Assembly (NCBI GenBank): GCA_001662655.1
Contig: KV460227.1
Direction: 5' to 3' (one strand)
From: Pseudogymnoascus verrucosus
Taxonomy: Eukaryota
DNA: 64,000 nt
Positions within the stretch are counted from its first letter, which is position 1. Every line of letters starts with the position of its first letter. The position numbers and the translations under genes are program-made. Positions 12,257 through 25,381 of the stretch are shown one piece after another. The notes beneath the pieces are model-generated. The model had not been told where the DNA came from. It made no database searches and saw only the letters and a program-made list of their open reading frames with translations.

Positions 12257-13481
12257 CTAAGCCTCAATTACGACCTTTACCACTACATTTCCCTCCTCAT
12301 CCTTTCCATTTTTTGCCAAAATAAAAGCCTCCTCCGCCTTGTCTAAACTTCTTTTGTGTGTGACCAGCTTGTGTATCCTTGGTAACTTCCCACTCGAGAT
12401 CAGCGTAATCGCTGTTGGATACGTATTTGCGTATCTGAAAACGCCGATAATGTCGACTTCGCGAAGCGCAGCAGCACCTAGGGGTAAAGTCTGTACTGCT
12501 CTTCCCATACCGATGAGGACGATTTTCCCACCAGGCTTTGACGCAAATATTCCAGTCTGCACACAGCTCGGCACACCAGTACACTCGTAGACTCTGTCGA
12601 ATCCACGCACGCCAGCTACCTCAGCAATCTTCGCCGCAAGGTCCTGGGCATCTTTAAGGACTTCATCGATTTCGGTCTTCATTGGTGCCTGCGGAATTAG
12701 GAACGTCTTTGTGGCCAGGTCGAGGTCTTTTGCGATTGTAAGACGCGCCGAATCGATGTCGGCAACTACTACTTCGCTCATATCGTGTGCTCGTAGAACT
12801 GCAGCAGTGAGCAGCCCGATTGCACCAGCACCAAAGATGAGTGTTTTGCCACCGGCGGGTGCCTGTGAGCGGTTTACGCCGTGTATGGAGACTGAGAGAG
12901 GTTCGATGAGAGCGGCTTGGTCAAAGGTGACATTTTCTGGGATTCTATTTCTGTTAGGTTCTGCCCCATCTTGTTAACGTTGCAGCTGCAACATACCTGT
13001 GGCACAAATCCGCGGGGTGATTGATTAATTCTGCCAAAGTCCCATCGGCATGCGGATAAGTCTTTGCACTACTTTTGAAGAGCATCTCCTCGCAAATATT
13101 ATACCTTCCTCCTCGACACAGCTCGCAGGTTCCACAAGCCATTCCGACTTCCAAGGCTACTCTGTCGCCCACACTCAATGATGTAACCGAGGAACCGATA
13201 ACTGTTACAGTGCCGGCCGACTCGTGGCCCAAACAGAGGGGTGCGAGAACAGCAAAAGCTCCATTGCGAAAGTCGCTGTAGTAGTGGAGATCTGATCCAC
13301 AGATCCCAGTGCTGTGGACGGCGACTTGGACTTCGTTGGGCAGAGGACTTTGAATAGAGCGTGTTTCCTAGAGGGTTATTAGTTAAAAATGGCGAGTTGA
13401 CTGTTGATGCGCGGTAAATACCAGCCGGAGATCCTTGGATCCATGGAGCATGAGGATCTTGTTGGGGACCGTAGTGACCAT
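12257..13481 (-). CDS. Zn-dependent medium-chain polyol/sugar-acid dehydrogenase (sorbitol DH family); candidate L-idonate 5-dehydrogenase (GluE-like)
   Basis: Three exons; GICGSDLHYY, GHESAG, structural-Zn CGTCELC..RYNIC, GAGAIG, ECTG, GVFRYANTYP. Substrate is inferred from cluster context. Confidence 0.88.
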
Positions 13482-14134
13482 TTTGCAGCCTTTTCACAGA
13501 ACAACAGGGAGTTAAGAATAAGAAGTGAGAGATCAATTATTGAGAAAGCGCTGGACGTGATCCCACGGATATTCAAAATTTAGATGACCTTTATGAATGT
13601 TTGTTTTATAAATCACCAATTGTTGGGAGTTCTCTGAAATCAGCGTATGTTCAATATTCGGCCTTTGAATCGTCATTATTTATTAGCACATTTGACAATT
13701 ACCGCCGGTAATTGCCAAATATGGCTAATATTGCTCTCTGTTTCGTTTTCGATCTCTTGGATCGGTGCCTGTGACAGGTTTCCCACCAACAGAATCTCTG
13801 ACAAGAAGGCGATCATTGCTAAATGTGGGCGATGACGAGGGTGGTGTGGGGTTCATTCCACCATCGGCTATTGAAATATTACCAACTCGGGTACTGTACA
13901 ACCCCCACCATCGTCACGATCTCACTATATCCGATTGTTAAGGAAATGAAAGTCCGTCCCTTACATTTTACGTTACCCAATGAGAATAAATTAATCGCAG
14001 CGCCATACTTCTCCCTCCGTTGTATTACTATCTTTTGTGCCTTCTTGCCCGCCTTTCTCTAGACCCAGGCATTAGGATCTCAAACTCCAAGAGCAAACCC
14101 AAATCAAGTCTGACTTAACCCTTAAAATATTAAA

Positions 14135-14974
14135 ATGTCATATTTAGAAGGCTTGTTTGGTCTAGAGGGCCAAAAGGCTCTTGTTACGGGCGGTACAAGA
14201 GGAATCGGGCAGACCATGGCCCTCGCCCTCGCACGAGCAGGCGCAGACATCCTCCTGGTTCAAGTTCGTATTGATATAGATCCTCCTTACCCAAACCAGC
14301 TTCTGACTTCTTCGCAGCGAGACACCACCAACAAAGCGACACACGATCAAATCATAGCACTGGGACGTAAATGCACGATATACACTGCAGATCTTGCATC
14401 GCAGGAGTCGGTAGCAGGTATTCTTCCAAAAATCCTTGCTGACGACCACAAAATCACTATTCTCCTCAACTGCGCCGGCATACAGCGTAGACACCCATCT
14501 GAGAAATTCCCATCGAATGACTGGGATGAGGTTCTGCAAGTCAACTTAACAACCGTCTTCACCTTGTGCCGTGATGTGGGCGCGCATATGCTCTCGAATG
14601 AACCTGATTCCGCCAACCGTCGCGGATCTATCATCAACATTGCATCGCTCCTCTCCTTTCAGGGTGGGCTTACAGTGCCAGCCTACGCAGCTTCCAAAGG
14701 TGGAATTACACAACTCACAAAAGCTCTTTCTAACGAATGGGCATCAAAGGGCATCGCTGTGAATGCAATTGCTCCGGGATACATTGCTACTGAAATGAAC
14801 ACTGCGTTGATTGATGATGAGAACCGAGCAGCAAGTATTTTGGCAAGAATTCCAGCAGGGAGGTGGGGGAAACCGGAGGATTTTGAGGGAGCTGTGCTCT
14901 TTCTGGCAAGTAGAGCGAGTATGTATGTAAGTGGAGAGGTGTTGACTGTTGACGGGGGGTGGATGGGAAGGTAA
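14135..14974 (+). CDS. Short-chain dehydrogenase/reductase, KduD/IdnO-like; candidate 5-keto-D-gluconate reductase (GluF-like)
   Basis: [53 protein letters not shown]. One in-frame 54-nt GT-AG intron at about 14264-14317. Confidence 0.9.
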   Translation: MSYLEGLFGLEGQKALVTGGTRGIGQTMALALARAGADILLVQVRIDIDPPYPNQLLTSSQRDTTNKATHDQIIALGRKCTIYTADLASQESVAGILPKILADDHKITILLNCAGIQRRHPSEKFPSNDWDEVLQVNLTTVFTLCRDVGAHMLSNEPDSANRRGSIINIASLLSFQGGLTVPAYAASKGGITQLTKALSNEWASKGIAVNAIAPGYIATEMNTALIDDENRAASILARIPAGRWGKPEDFEGAVLFLASRASMYVSGEVLTVDGGWMGR

Positions 14975-15328
14975 ATCAAAATAAATAAAAACATGGTGGA
15001 ATCAATCTCAAAAGAAACCTAAGAAGAAAACATAATTGATCATCGATTCTCTTCCAGGCAACCTTCGCCTCCATAACTGCCATCCCCACCTCCGGAGCCC
15101 GCACTTTATTCCTCGAAGACTCCCATCTTTAATAATTACAAGTTACTATGAGATATTTCCAGATTGCAAATGGCAACAATTGCAGCATGTTGCCACAGCA
15201 TTCGATCCCGTCGACGAGGACAACGCCCTTTAGGTTTCATGCATCATGATTGAGGGCCTAGCGATAGGACAATATAGTCCTTTCTTTCTTTCCACTTGAG
15301 CGAAAGCTCGAGGATAGATTCTCCGTGT

Positions 15329-18116
15329 TTAAAAGAATCGATTCAAATCATCATCTAGCCAACCAAGATCGTTCCAAGATAAGCTTCCGCGCCTTGATGG
15401 TTGGGTAAACTGCTGTGCGTTATTGTTGCTAAAGTTCAAATCTATTGGATCTGGCTCTCTGGTCAAAAACTCGCCTACTGCTTGTAGATCAAGCCATGAG
15501 AATTCGTCTGGTGCGTTAATGGGCGGTCGTTGCACCATTAATGCTGGATGAGGATCTGTGACAGAAATGGTTGTTCCATCCCGTTGGGCCACTTCTTCAT
15601 CTGTTTGAAGCCATAATAGTTCCAGCAGTTGAGCGTATCGTAACCCAAATTCGCCTGGCCGTGCACTTCCAGCCCGTAGTCGTGAAATGGAATCTTTAAT
15701 CATCCGTCGAACGCCTACCTTCTCCTGGGATCCTAAAACACCAAGAGACCAAGCTTTGTACAGGAAAACTGCCGCGTTTACACAATACCTATCGCATATT
15801 AGGGAGAGCCAACAAAGACGAGATGTGGAGTTGTGGAAAAATGTTTAGGGTGGAAAGGAGTCCATACAATGAAAATCTCATGGGAAAATGGCGAAGGCTA
15901 GTATCAGGATGGCTGAAGTTGTTTACGACTGTAAGCAAGCATTTGGCGGCGTCGACAGATTCGTATATAAACCTTGCGTCTGGTAGAGCGCCGACAAGAC
16001 CTAGAGCGCTCTCTTCAAGGCCTAAACTGTCCTTTTTTTTGGAAGATATCGTGCGAAATGCTGTTGCTTGAAATGCGTAGGCACTGTTGTATAAGCGGAG
16101 ATACTCGTAGGTCATTTGCAGTGTTATCTTTAGGTTCGGAGAGCCTTAGTGCAAAGAACGGTTAGTCTACTCTGAAAGCAGGCAGTTGAAGTTTATTTAG
16201 ATGGGAAGGATAAGCATTAGCAAAGCAAAGATGACATCCAAAAATCATTTATGGTTTTTATACTAAGCGTCGACTTACAAGTTAATGTTCCCCAAACACT
16301 TTTCCAGCTGTTGATTGCAGCTCTGAAGTCATCAATGTACTTCACGTAATTACCCACTAGCATCATCTTCACGCTGCTGCCCATACCTGAATACAATACG
16401 TCGTGGACGTTTCCGAAAAGTTGGATTAGCTCAAGCATAGCTTGGAAAATACTAGCATGATCTTCATCTGTTGCCGATTCAGGCTGCAGAGTTGGATGTC
16501 TACCTGGGCCAGAAACAGGGCCAGGCCCTCGAGACCAAAATGCTCGTCCAATTCGTACTGAAATTTGTCGGTCTGAAATGTAGCATGCTATGAACGCAGT
16601 CAGTTACGAACCTAATGTACCTAACAAACCCTTATGAAGCCTCGTAAATCATTTATGCCATGGAGAACTCGAAGAAATGTCACCATAAAAGTTGATCAGC
16701 ACTCACCAGCCCAAGCCAACCTACGACGATTATAATGAACCATTCGCTCTTCGTCGTCATTCTTAAAAGATGTCCTATCCAACCTCAAATAGTAACCTAT
16801 TCGAAGGGCTAAGCCAACATGCATCCAAGCCGCCAAGTCCTCTTCTCCACAGCCAACTTCCTTGACATCAGACAGGGCGCTTTGAGGCTCCCACTCAGCT
16901 AGCAACAATAATGCTTCGACTGCTTCGACGTCGCATTTTTTCCCCACGGAAAGTTCGGCTACAAGCTGGTTCATATACTTCGAGCAAATCTCAAAGATCT
17001 TCGTGTCACCTGGTAGATCCTTTGCAGCGATAGTGATCATTGCCGTCAACAGATGCGGTTCATGTTGCGCCGTATCTGCTAGAAAAGCAGTGTTGAGCGA
17101 TCTTTTGGGAGTAATCGGGAGATATGGATGATACAAAGTCGCAAATCTGAATATCTATTAGCCTCAAATGTTGGCGGTATTTAATCAATACATCGGAAGG
17201 ATTACCTGCCAACCAAGTCAATAATTTGATCTTGGCTAAGTAACTGCATGGTAACTAAGTGATAAGGAATGAGGTTCATGCTTGCTGTGTGCTGAGTTCT
17301 GGGCAATTCATGTCCAATATTGCCGCCACCGTCAGATTGAAAAGTGTAGTCTTGATATGGTACTCGTTGGTGGTTCTGAGCAGCAGAATCCTCGGACATT
17401 TGTGCTGCTGCCGCATTCTCTGCAGCTTGGCTCAAGAAGTTGAGGGCCTCGGAGGTGTTATGAAGGTTTGTAGATGCAAATGTATCTTCTATCGCGGCTG
17501 CCATATTGGAGCTCGGCGAATGTAGGCTTTCATTTATCCCATGTTGTTGTTGTCGTTGCTGCTGCTGCTGCGGGTTATTATAACCCGAAGTCGACGGAGT
17601 CTGCCCCAAGTAGCTCTGTTCGTATATTTCCGAGTTCGGGGCATGAGGAGAGGTTTCGTGTGCGTTACTTTGGGCTGGGGAAGTGGCTTCTGGGATGGCT
17701 TTTGATCTTCGTATTCGGCGTCCGCCTCGATTCGAGCTTCCGAGTATGCATTCGACTCCATCCCGTACGCATCGCTGGCAAGGAAGTGCTCCGGCAGGTC
17801 CATGTCCGTCTCTGTAATAGCAATATCTTAGTCTAGGCGATTCTGAGGCCCACAGGTGTCATTTTGTCAAATTCAAACATGTGCAAATCGTGCGCGTGAT
17901 GTATTCCCCATTTAATACTGCAGCATAGTTTCAAGGTCTGAAGCCGTCACTGGGTAAATAGCCACAGCCCACAGGCCAAATTATAACGAGATAAGGCACT
18001 TACAGGTTACATTTGGACTTTCGTTGACGGCATCTCAAGCAGGCCTTCGAAATGCGTTTTTGCGGTTGTGTGCGAATACGACTGGGCCGAGCGTCATCGT
18101 TGGGTGGAGTAGGCAT
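15329..18116 (-). CDS. Zn2Cys6 transcription factor, ARO80-like, with fungal-specific TF middle domain
   Basis: Spliced binuclear cluster KACLRCRQRKSKCNL/DGHGPAGALPCQRCVRDGVEC followed by SNRGGRR; later exons VEALLLLAEWEP, AAWMHVGLALRIGY, YLRLY. Confidence 0.88.
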
Positions 18117-18520
18117 CGGATCTTTTCAAGGGTGATATAAAGCCGTTACACGCCGAAGATAAACATAAGCAGTGTATTCTGTTCATTTCTCCATAATAGA
18201 TAGGTATTTCGCATGAAGAACAGCGTTTCTGATCACCAGATGCGAAATGTCTAAACGTTGAATAGCCGACAGCACGGACCCCTGCAATCTTTCAATAGCC
18301 GACAGTATCGACCCCGCACGGAAGGTGGGGTCGGCAAATCTCACGACCTGTAACCGTGGGGGTTGTAAAAATAGAGGGGACCGGAAAACGGAGGCATATT
18401 TCCGTACAAGGTCTATGAGGACCTTTCTCTCTCTCAGTTACATTTACACGTCGCTCTGTATTCTTCTTCCTCATCCTCTCAAAGTATTCCTAGATACCCA
18501 CCGAATCTCCAGCTTCCATC

Positions 18521-19813
18521 ATGGCGACACCCAGCGCATTGCTCATCGGAGAGATTACCCATGTTAAGAACGAGTGGGAATCTTTGGCGCCTGCCATCGA
18601 CCTCAAGGTATGAAGACTTGGAATTCCTGTTTTAAGCTCGATCTTTGGCATTGACACTTCACTCGTAGGAGTACCCAGAGGGCAGCCGAGAAGAATTCCT
18701 TGAGAACTGCAAGACCGGCAGATACGACTCGGTCAAGGCCATCTACAGGAGCAATGTTTCAACATCAGTGAGTGCTCCCACGGGTTGGTCAAGTTGAAGC
18801 TTGTCTGATTAAGTTATAGATCACTGGGCCTTTTGACGAGGAATTAGTAGCCGCCCTTCCTCCTTCCATAAAGTATATCTGCCACAACGGAGCTGGATAC
18901 GATAACATCGATATCCCTGCCTGCACAAAGAAAGGTGCGGTTCAAAAGCCCCCAAGCCTAACTTCGGGCCTTTAAGTCTACGTTCGAGCTGCTAACGAAG
19001 CACTAGGTATCTCTGTTTCGAGTACGCCGCAAGCCGTCGACAATGCTACTGCAGATGTCGCAACCTGGTTAATGATCGGAGCTTTAAGAAGAATATCAAT
19101 TCCATATTTCGCAATTCAAAACAGTAAGTTTTGGCTGCATATGACCCCAGATATCATTTTTTTACTGTTATCTAGATCAATGGAGAGGTGCGGCAGGCCT
19201 AGGTTATGATCCACAACAGAAGGTCCTTGGCATCCTCGGAATGGGCGGCATTGGAAGAGTGAGCAAGATAGATTCCAGTTTCTATGATATGTACTGATAA
19301 TTTGAAAAGGCCCTGGCACGCAGAGCCCGTGCATTCGACATGAAAATCATCTACCATAATCGAAAGCCGCTTTCCCCTACACTGGCTGGAGATGCAACCT
19401 ACGTCTCATTTGATGAGCTTCTCTCCCAATCAGACGTCATCAGCCTCAATCTCTCCTTGAACGCATCAACTCGGCACATCATTAGTTCAAACGAATTCGA
19501 GAAAATGAAGGATGGAGTTGTCATCGTCAATACTGCAAGAGGCCCACTGATTGATGAGGCTGCTTTGGTAGCTGCACTTGAGTCTGGGAAGGTCTTTTCA
19601 GCTGGTCTTGATGTCTTCGAAGAGGAACCAAAGGTCCATGCTGGACTGTTGAATAATGATAAAGTTGTCATTCTGCCCCATATGGGTACATCTACGTTTG
19701 AGACTCAGGCAAATATGGAGCGTCTTGTGCTTACGAACCTAAAGAAGGCAATCAACGAGGATAAGCTTGTGACCCAGGTATCTGAGCAAGTCGACCCAAA
19801 ATGCAATATATAA
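18521..19813 (+). CDS. D-isomer-specific 2-hydroxyacid dehydrogenase (glyoxylate/2-ketoaldonate reductase); candidate 2-keto-L-gulonate reductase (GluC/GluD-like)
   Basis: Six exons; HNGAGYDNID, ATAD, GILGMGGIG, YHNRK, VNTARG, GLDVFEEEP, LPHMG. Confidence 0.9.
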
Positions 19814-20446
19814 ATGTTGTGTCATCCATGACAAACATAGCTAGATATGTTTTATTATACTTGATAGAGGATTGACCCGTCGAAATGAACCGATATCTCT
19901 TAAAATGATATACCAATTGAGCTCGCTATAGCCTGTGCTCATTCAAGATTAACATAAGTTTGATGTTCCTTCAATCAACATCCCAAGCGCATCACTAAAT
20001 ATTCACTCTATCTCCAAAGCTACAGTCGTATCATATTTGTTGCTGTATAGTATCCCCATATCTACAAGCGTAAATAAACGTCGGTCGATTAAAAATGGCT
20101 GGTCCGAATAGTGTGCTGTGTCAAATACAAAGCTTTATGTTCATTGGTAATGAATCCATCAAGACAAACTACCAAAGACGCTCACAATATGGCGTTATAT
20201 TCCTTACTTATACAACCTTTAGACTTTAGACTTACCCACGCACATTGCCTTTATACAACTAACGGCAGCCATTGCAACTTTAGCTTTAACAGCTTGAGTT
20301 TGCTAAGATTTTACATTTGAATTAACACGATATACAATGCCAGCATTTCCTTCGCTATCCTCGCTGAAGAGAAGTTTCCCCTAGACCAGATAACTCGATG
20401 TAAATATAAGATGTGCCCATATACCACATAACAAACCCTCATATAT

Positions 20447-22519
20447 CTAGGTCTCAGCCTCGCATTTGTTATCCACAACCTCAGCATAGACTCTGTTTTT
20501 CCTTGCCACATCGTCAGCGTTAACTCTGTCGTGAAAAACCTCGTCCATCTGCTCAAGAGTCTTTCTGCTAGTCTCTGGGACGAAGAAAAACGTCCAGAAA
20601 AATGACAACAGACAGAAAACAGCGAAGAAGACGTAGGCTCCATAGCCAGTGTTCTGAACTAACGGAGGAGTAACTAGTCCCTACAATGGTGTTAGCTAAA
20701 GGGAGTTTCAGGTGTGCACTTTAAAAACGTACAATGATGAAGTTGTTCAACCAATCTGGCACTGTTAGTATAGATTCTCCAAAAGCCTGCCTCATGGGTT
20801 ATACTGACTTGAGCAGGTTGAGATTGCAACACCCTTTGCTCGAAGGGACGACGGGAAAATTTCAGCTGGCATAGCCCAAGGGACCGGCCCCCAACTGGCT
20901 CCAAATGATATCATATAGAAGAGCAAAAAAGCAACGCTAGTCCAACCTTCAGGCTTATGGGAGGGCCAGTCATCTGAAAATTTGCCAACAAGAATTGCTA
21001 TGATCAGATGAGAGACGAACATGCACATGCTTCCATAAAGCAAAAGAGTACGGCGGCCAAATCGGTCCATAGTCCAGAGACTGGATACAACACCAAAAAG
21101 CTGTGTAATGTTCAGTACTCCCGACATGATCAGCTGCATTTCATAATCGAGACCCATTGTACTATTTCAGGATTTGATTAGTATTGGCCCAAGACACCAC
21201 AAATAAGGTGGCTTACCCAAATAGCGTTGGCGAATAATAAATTAAAGCGTTAATTCCAACGAACTATGGTCTGTTAGGCTTGTGTTCGATATTGAAAGGA
21301 CACGGCATACCTGTTGGAAAAACATAAGACCAGCACCGACGTGGGTCCTTCTCCAACATCCTGGTTTCAAGCAATCCGTCCAAGAGACGATCTCCAGCTT
21401 CAGCTTGTTCATCTTGGTATTCTCCATAAGATTTGGGTGGCGCTCTGCCATAACCTCCTTGTGGAATCTTGACTCGGCAATTATGTCCATCCACTCCCGC
21501 CGAACTCTGTTATCAGATATGGGCAGTTGTCGTAACTTTGCGAGGCTGACCAGAGCCTCGTCATCTCGCCCTTTGGATGCAAGCCATCGAGGAGAGAATG
21601 GAAGTAGGAATATTCCAGCCCCAAGAATAATGCTAGGAATAATTTGAATGAGAAAAGGCAATCTCCACGACCATTCCGATAGAATCTCTCTTGTCCCATA
21701 TGTGATCCAGAACGAAATTACGATGCCAGCAACGATGCTGAGTTCTTCGAAAACGAGGAGGGTTCCACGGATTTCAGGAGGTGATATTTCTGAAATGTAG
21801 AGCGGAACAACCATACTCATCCTGATAGGTTGTTAGCTCTGCGGAATATTTCCTCGGCGGGAAAACTGACATTCCAATACCAACTCCGCCAATAAACCGT
21901 GCAACGACCAGCATTTCGTAATTCATAGACGCAGTTTGGATTACAGATCCAATAATGAATATAACGCTCGCCACAGCGATTGAATATTTGCGAGAAATCT
22001 TATCAGCAATCCAACCTTGATTTAAGGCACCTGAACAAGTCAGTCATGGTCACTACAGAGATCGGCATAAGCCAGTAAGAATGGTACCAATCAGTGCTCC
22101 GAGCTCGATCATGCCTGTCATGAGGCCTTTGTAAAACCCTGCGCCGGCTGCAGCCTCTGACACTTCTGGGAACCGCTCTAGAAACTGGGGCATTACTAGA
22201 ATGATCGAGACGACGCCCTGGCTAAATAATGGTTAACAAATATATAATCGTTGATCTGTCCCAGGATGCCTTACTCGTATCCAAAGAGCATGCCTCCTAT
22301 CGCGGCGAAGGCAGCACAGAGGGCGACATAACGGGATGCAAAAATTCCTCGAAAGCCTAATATACAGTGAGCATAGGCACAGGTGTAGAGCTGGCCACAC
22401 AACAACATACCTGAGAGCCCGTAGCCTTCTTCTTCCGTCCCACTTAGGGAAGTGTCCTCGATTTGAAGAGGCGCGTCGGCTTCATGTTTTTCACCCTTAG
22501 TGGTATTTATTGTACTCAT
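20447..22519 (-). CDS. MFS sugar porter family transporter
   Basis: GGMLFGY, GWIADKISRK, PLYISEISPPEIRGTL, PFSPRWL, FFQQ, MDRFGRR, WGPVPWAMPAEIFPSSLRAKG, VPETSRKTLEQMD; multi-intron. Confidence 0.92.
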
Positions 22520-23468
22520 GTTCAAGAGATAGATATTAGCAGCTGTTTGATGATGGCAGATGTTGCTATCTTAATGTCGAGGAGATGGGAGGCACTTGGC
22601 CCTTTTGTACAAATTTGCGGAGGCATGTCTGGGATAAGCTGAAGCTAATGACAGCGGGTTAAAACGTCAGGAGGTGAGATTTTCAATTGCTTTATCGCGG
22701 CAGGAGACGATATCCCCAGCTCATTCCCTTCAAATGTGGGGCGAGGATGGGGTAACGGTGCGGGGAACTAGGATGGTCAAAGGCTACTCCCCGCAAACCT
22801 CATCAGAAATGGCTAGAGCGGGTGTGGGGTATGGGGTTGAGAATCACAAAATCGTACAATGCATAAATGGAAGAATGCTAATTGGTCCGGACATCTTTCG
22901 AAAGCGAGAATCGTAGATTAGGTAAGAAAGATGTGGCAGAATATTACTCTTATGGAAATTGGGGAAGTGGTACTAAGGGGAAAATCTCCCCGATAGCACG
23001 GTGTAGAACTAACCGCGGAAATAATTTCCATTAGAGATTCGCGCAAGACATGAATCGTTCAAGGAATGTTTCCCGACACTAGAGATGCTGGTGATATTCT
23101 TCCTCTGAACCCCCTCCTCTCTACATACGACAAATCGTAACGGGAAGGCCCTGCTTCATCGGCCTCGCAATGTCATCTTACCTTTCTCATGTAGAAGCGA
23201 GGGATACAATGCCGATTTTTTTTACACCTCCATGTGGATATTCTGAACGGGAAAATATTCCATGTTAGAGAACTTCCGTAAATGGTCGGCCTATACCGGC
23301 CCACTGGAAATCCAATCCCAATGTTTTCTCATAATTCATTATATCATCAACAGCATCCGTATGCTTTCTTGAGCAATTACTCCTCAGACTTCCCATTCTT
23401 TAGTTGTCATTTACCCTTCCTCTCTTTCTACAACAACACCATCACGATCAAAATAAAATTGAAAGAAG

Positions 23469-24596
23469 ATGGCACCCCCTAGGCTCAGAGTTGGCTGTGC
23501 AGGCCTTGGCCGTATGGGCAAGCGCCATGCTCGTCACTTCCTCGAGCGCACAGCTCGTGCCGAACTGGTCGCTGTGAGCACTCCTGATGAGACCGAGTTC
23601 CAGTGGGCGCGTCAGCATCTCGAACCCTATGGTGTGACAATCTACAAAGACTATGATCAGATGCTCAAGCATGAAGATCTAGAGGCGGTGGTAGTTGCGT
23701 CAGTAACAACGGTGCATGCCGAGCAGGCCATCAAGGCCATTAATGCTAACAAACACGTCCTGTGCGAGAAGCCTCTCTCAACGAGCGTTGAAGTTGTGAG
23801 TTCTCATCTAGCGAGGAGTAATACTGTGCTTTTGCTAATCATGATATTCATGTAGTCCCAAACAGTTGTTGATGCTGCTCGCAAAAGGCCACACCTCAAA
23901 GTCATGTGTGCATTCTCTCGCAGATTCGACGACTCCTACCGCGATGCCTTCAACAAGATGGATGCTGGCCTGATTGGACGCCCATCGATCTTCCGCAGCC
24001 AGACTTGTGATATGCTTGACCCGAGTGGATTCTTCGTGGCCTATGCCGAGTTTTCAGGAGGTATTTTTGTGGATTGTTCGATTCACGACATCGATCTCGC
24101 CCTGTGGTTCTTCGGGCAAGACAGCATGGTTAAGTCAGTTGTGTCTAGCGGAATCACAGCTGTTCAGCCAGCACTTCAGAAGCACAAGGATTGCGATAAC
24201 GCAGTCGGAATTGTCGAGTTTTATGGTGGCAAGATTGCATACATCTACTGCTCTCGCATGATGGCTGCTGGCCAGGAGGATTCGACCGAGATTATTGGTA
24301 CAGAGGGGAAGGTCACAGTCAACACCCAACCAATGTCAAACCTCGTAAACATCTACGAGCCAGGCGGAATCCGTCGCGAGATTCCACAAAACTACTACGG
24401 ACGTTTCGAACAGGCGTTTGTGAATGAGGCGAACGAGTTCACAGCCGCTTGCTTAGATGATCTGAAATTACCAATGAAGCTGACTGGCGCCGTCCAGGCC
24501 GTGAAGATTGGCTGTGCCTTGCAGGAGGCTATGGTCACAGGAAACAAGATTTGGTTCGATGAGACTGGTGTAAGGATAGAGAGGCCACAATTATAA
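23469..24596 (+). CDS. Gfo/Idh/MocA family NAD(P)-dependent oxidoreductase (inositol dehydrogenase-like)
   Basis: GCAGLGRMG Rossmann motif, HVLCEKP, FSRRFD, GGIFVDCSIHDID; one intron at about 23796-23856. Confidence 0.9.
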
Positions 24597-25381
24597 GCAA
24601 AACAATATTTCTAAACAATCGAGGTCAGGCCATGTCGCCGCGCGGGATAGACACATACCCTTTATTAAGTTGTTAGGTATAAATAGCATCGCATTTTTAA
24701 GACTATATAGTTTTAAATATATCACAGATTTAATTCTAATTATTCCATCGTGTTGCGCTATTGAGACTTCGCATTTTCAAAGCCCAAAAGCAGAGACTCG
24801 GAGGTTGCAGGTTGTGATAGCAATGGCAACAAGTTATTAACCGAACAGCGGGAAAAGCTGCCCCTATCGGACTGACTAGAGGACCCGCACGGAGGTAAAC
24901 TAAGTAGCCGACACCAAGGGCAGTTGCCGAACATTTAGTACCCATGGCGTACAGTACACCCCAAGACGTACAGCACACCAAAGAATGAGTTAACAAGTCT
25001 CCGTTATTTTATTCTGTCTGTCAATTCCTACTTGTCCGTCCCCTCCATCTACGCGCCTCTGGTCTGGATCAACTATATTCCTTCTCTGACTAGGCAATAT
25101 CCTCACGACACTTGATACTTAGGCAGCCGAAGTGGGAAACACTGTGGATCTGGTATTCCCAACATAATCACACAAGGACCGGTATGTTGCCATTGGAGGA
25201 AAAATTCGGTATAGTATCGTGAGGTTTCTCTGGGCGATGAGAGATATTCGAAGAGGTACGAGTAAATAGACATTAAAAGCCTTAATATTTCTCAATCTGT
25301 AGTTATTTCACTCTTTGACAAAGGCCAATATTACCTCTAAATCAGCCCAGCCTAGTTCAACTTCTAATACCACCTTACAAT

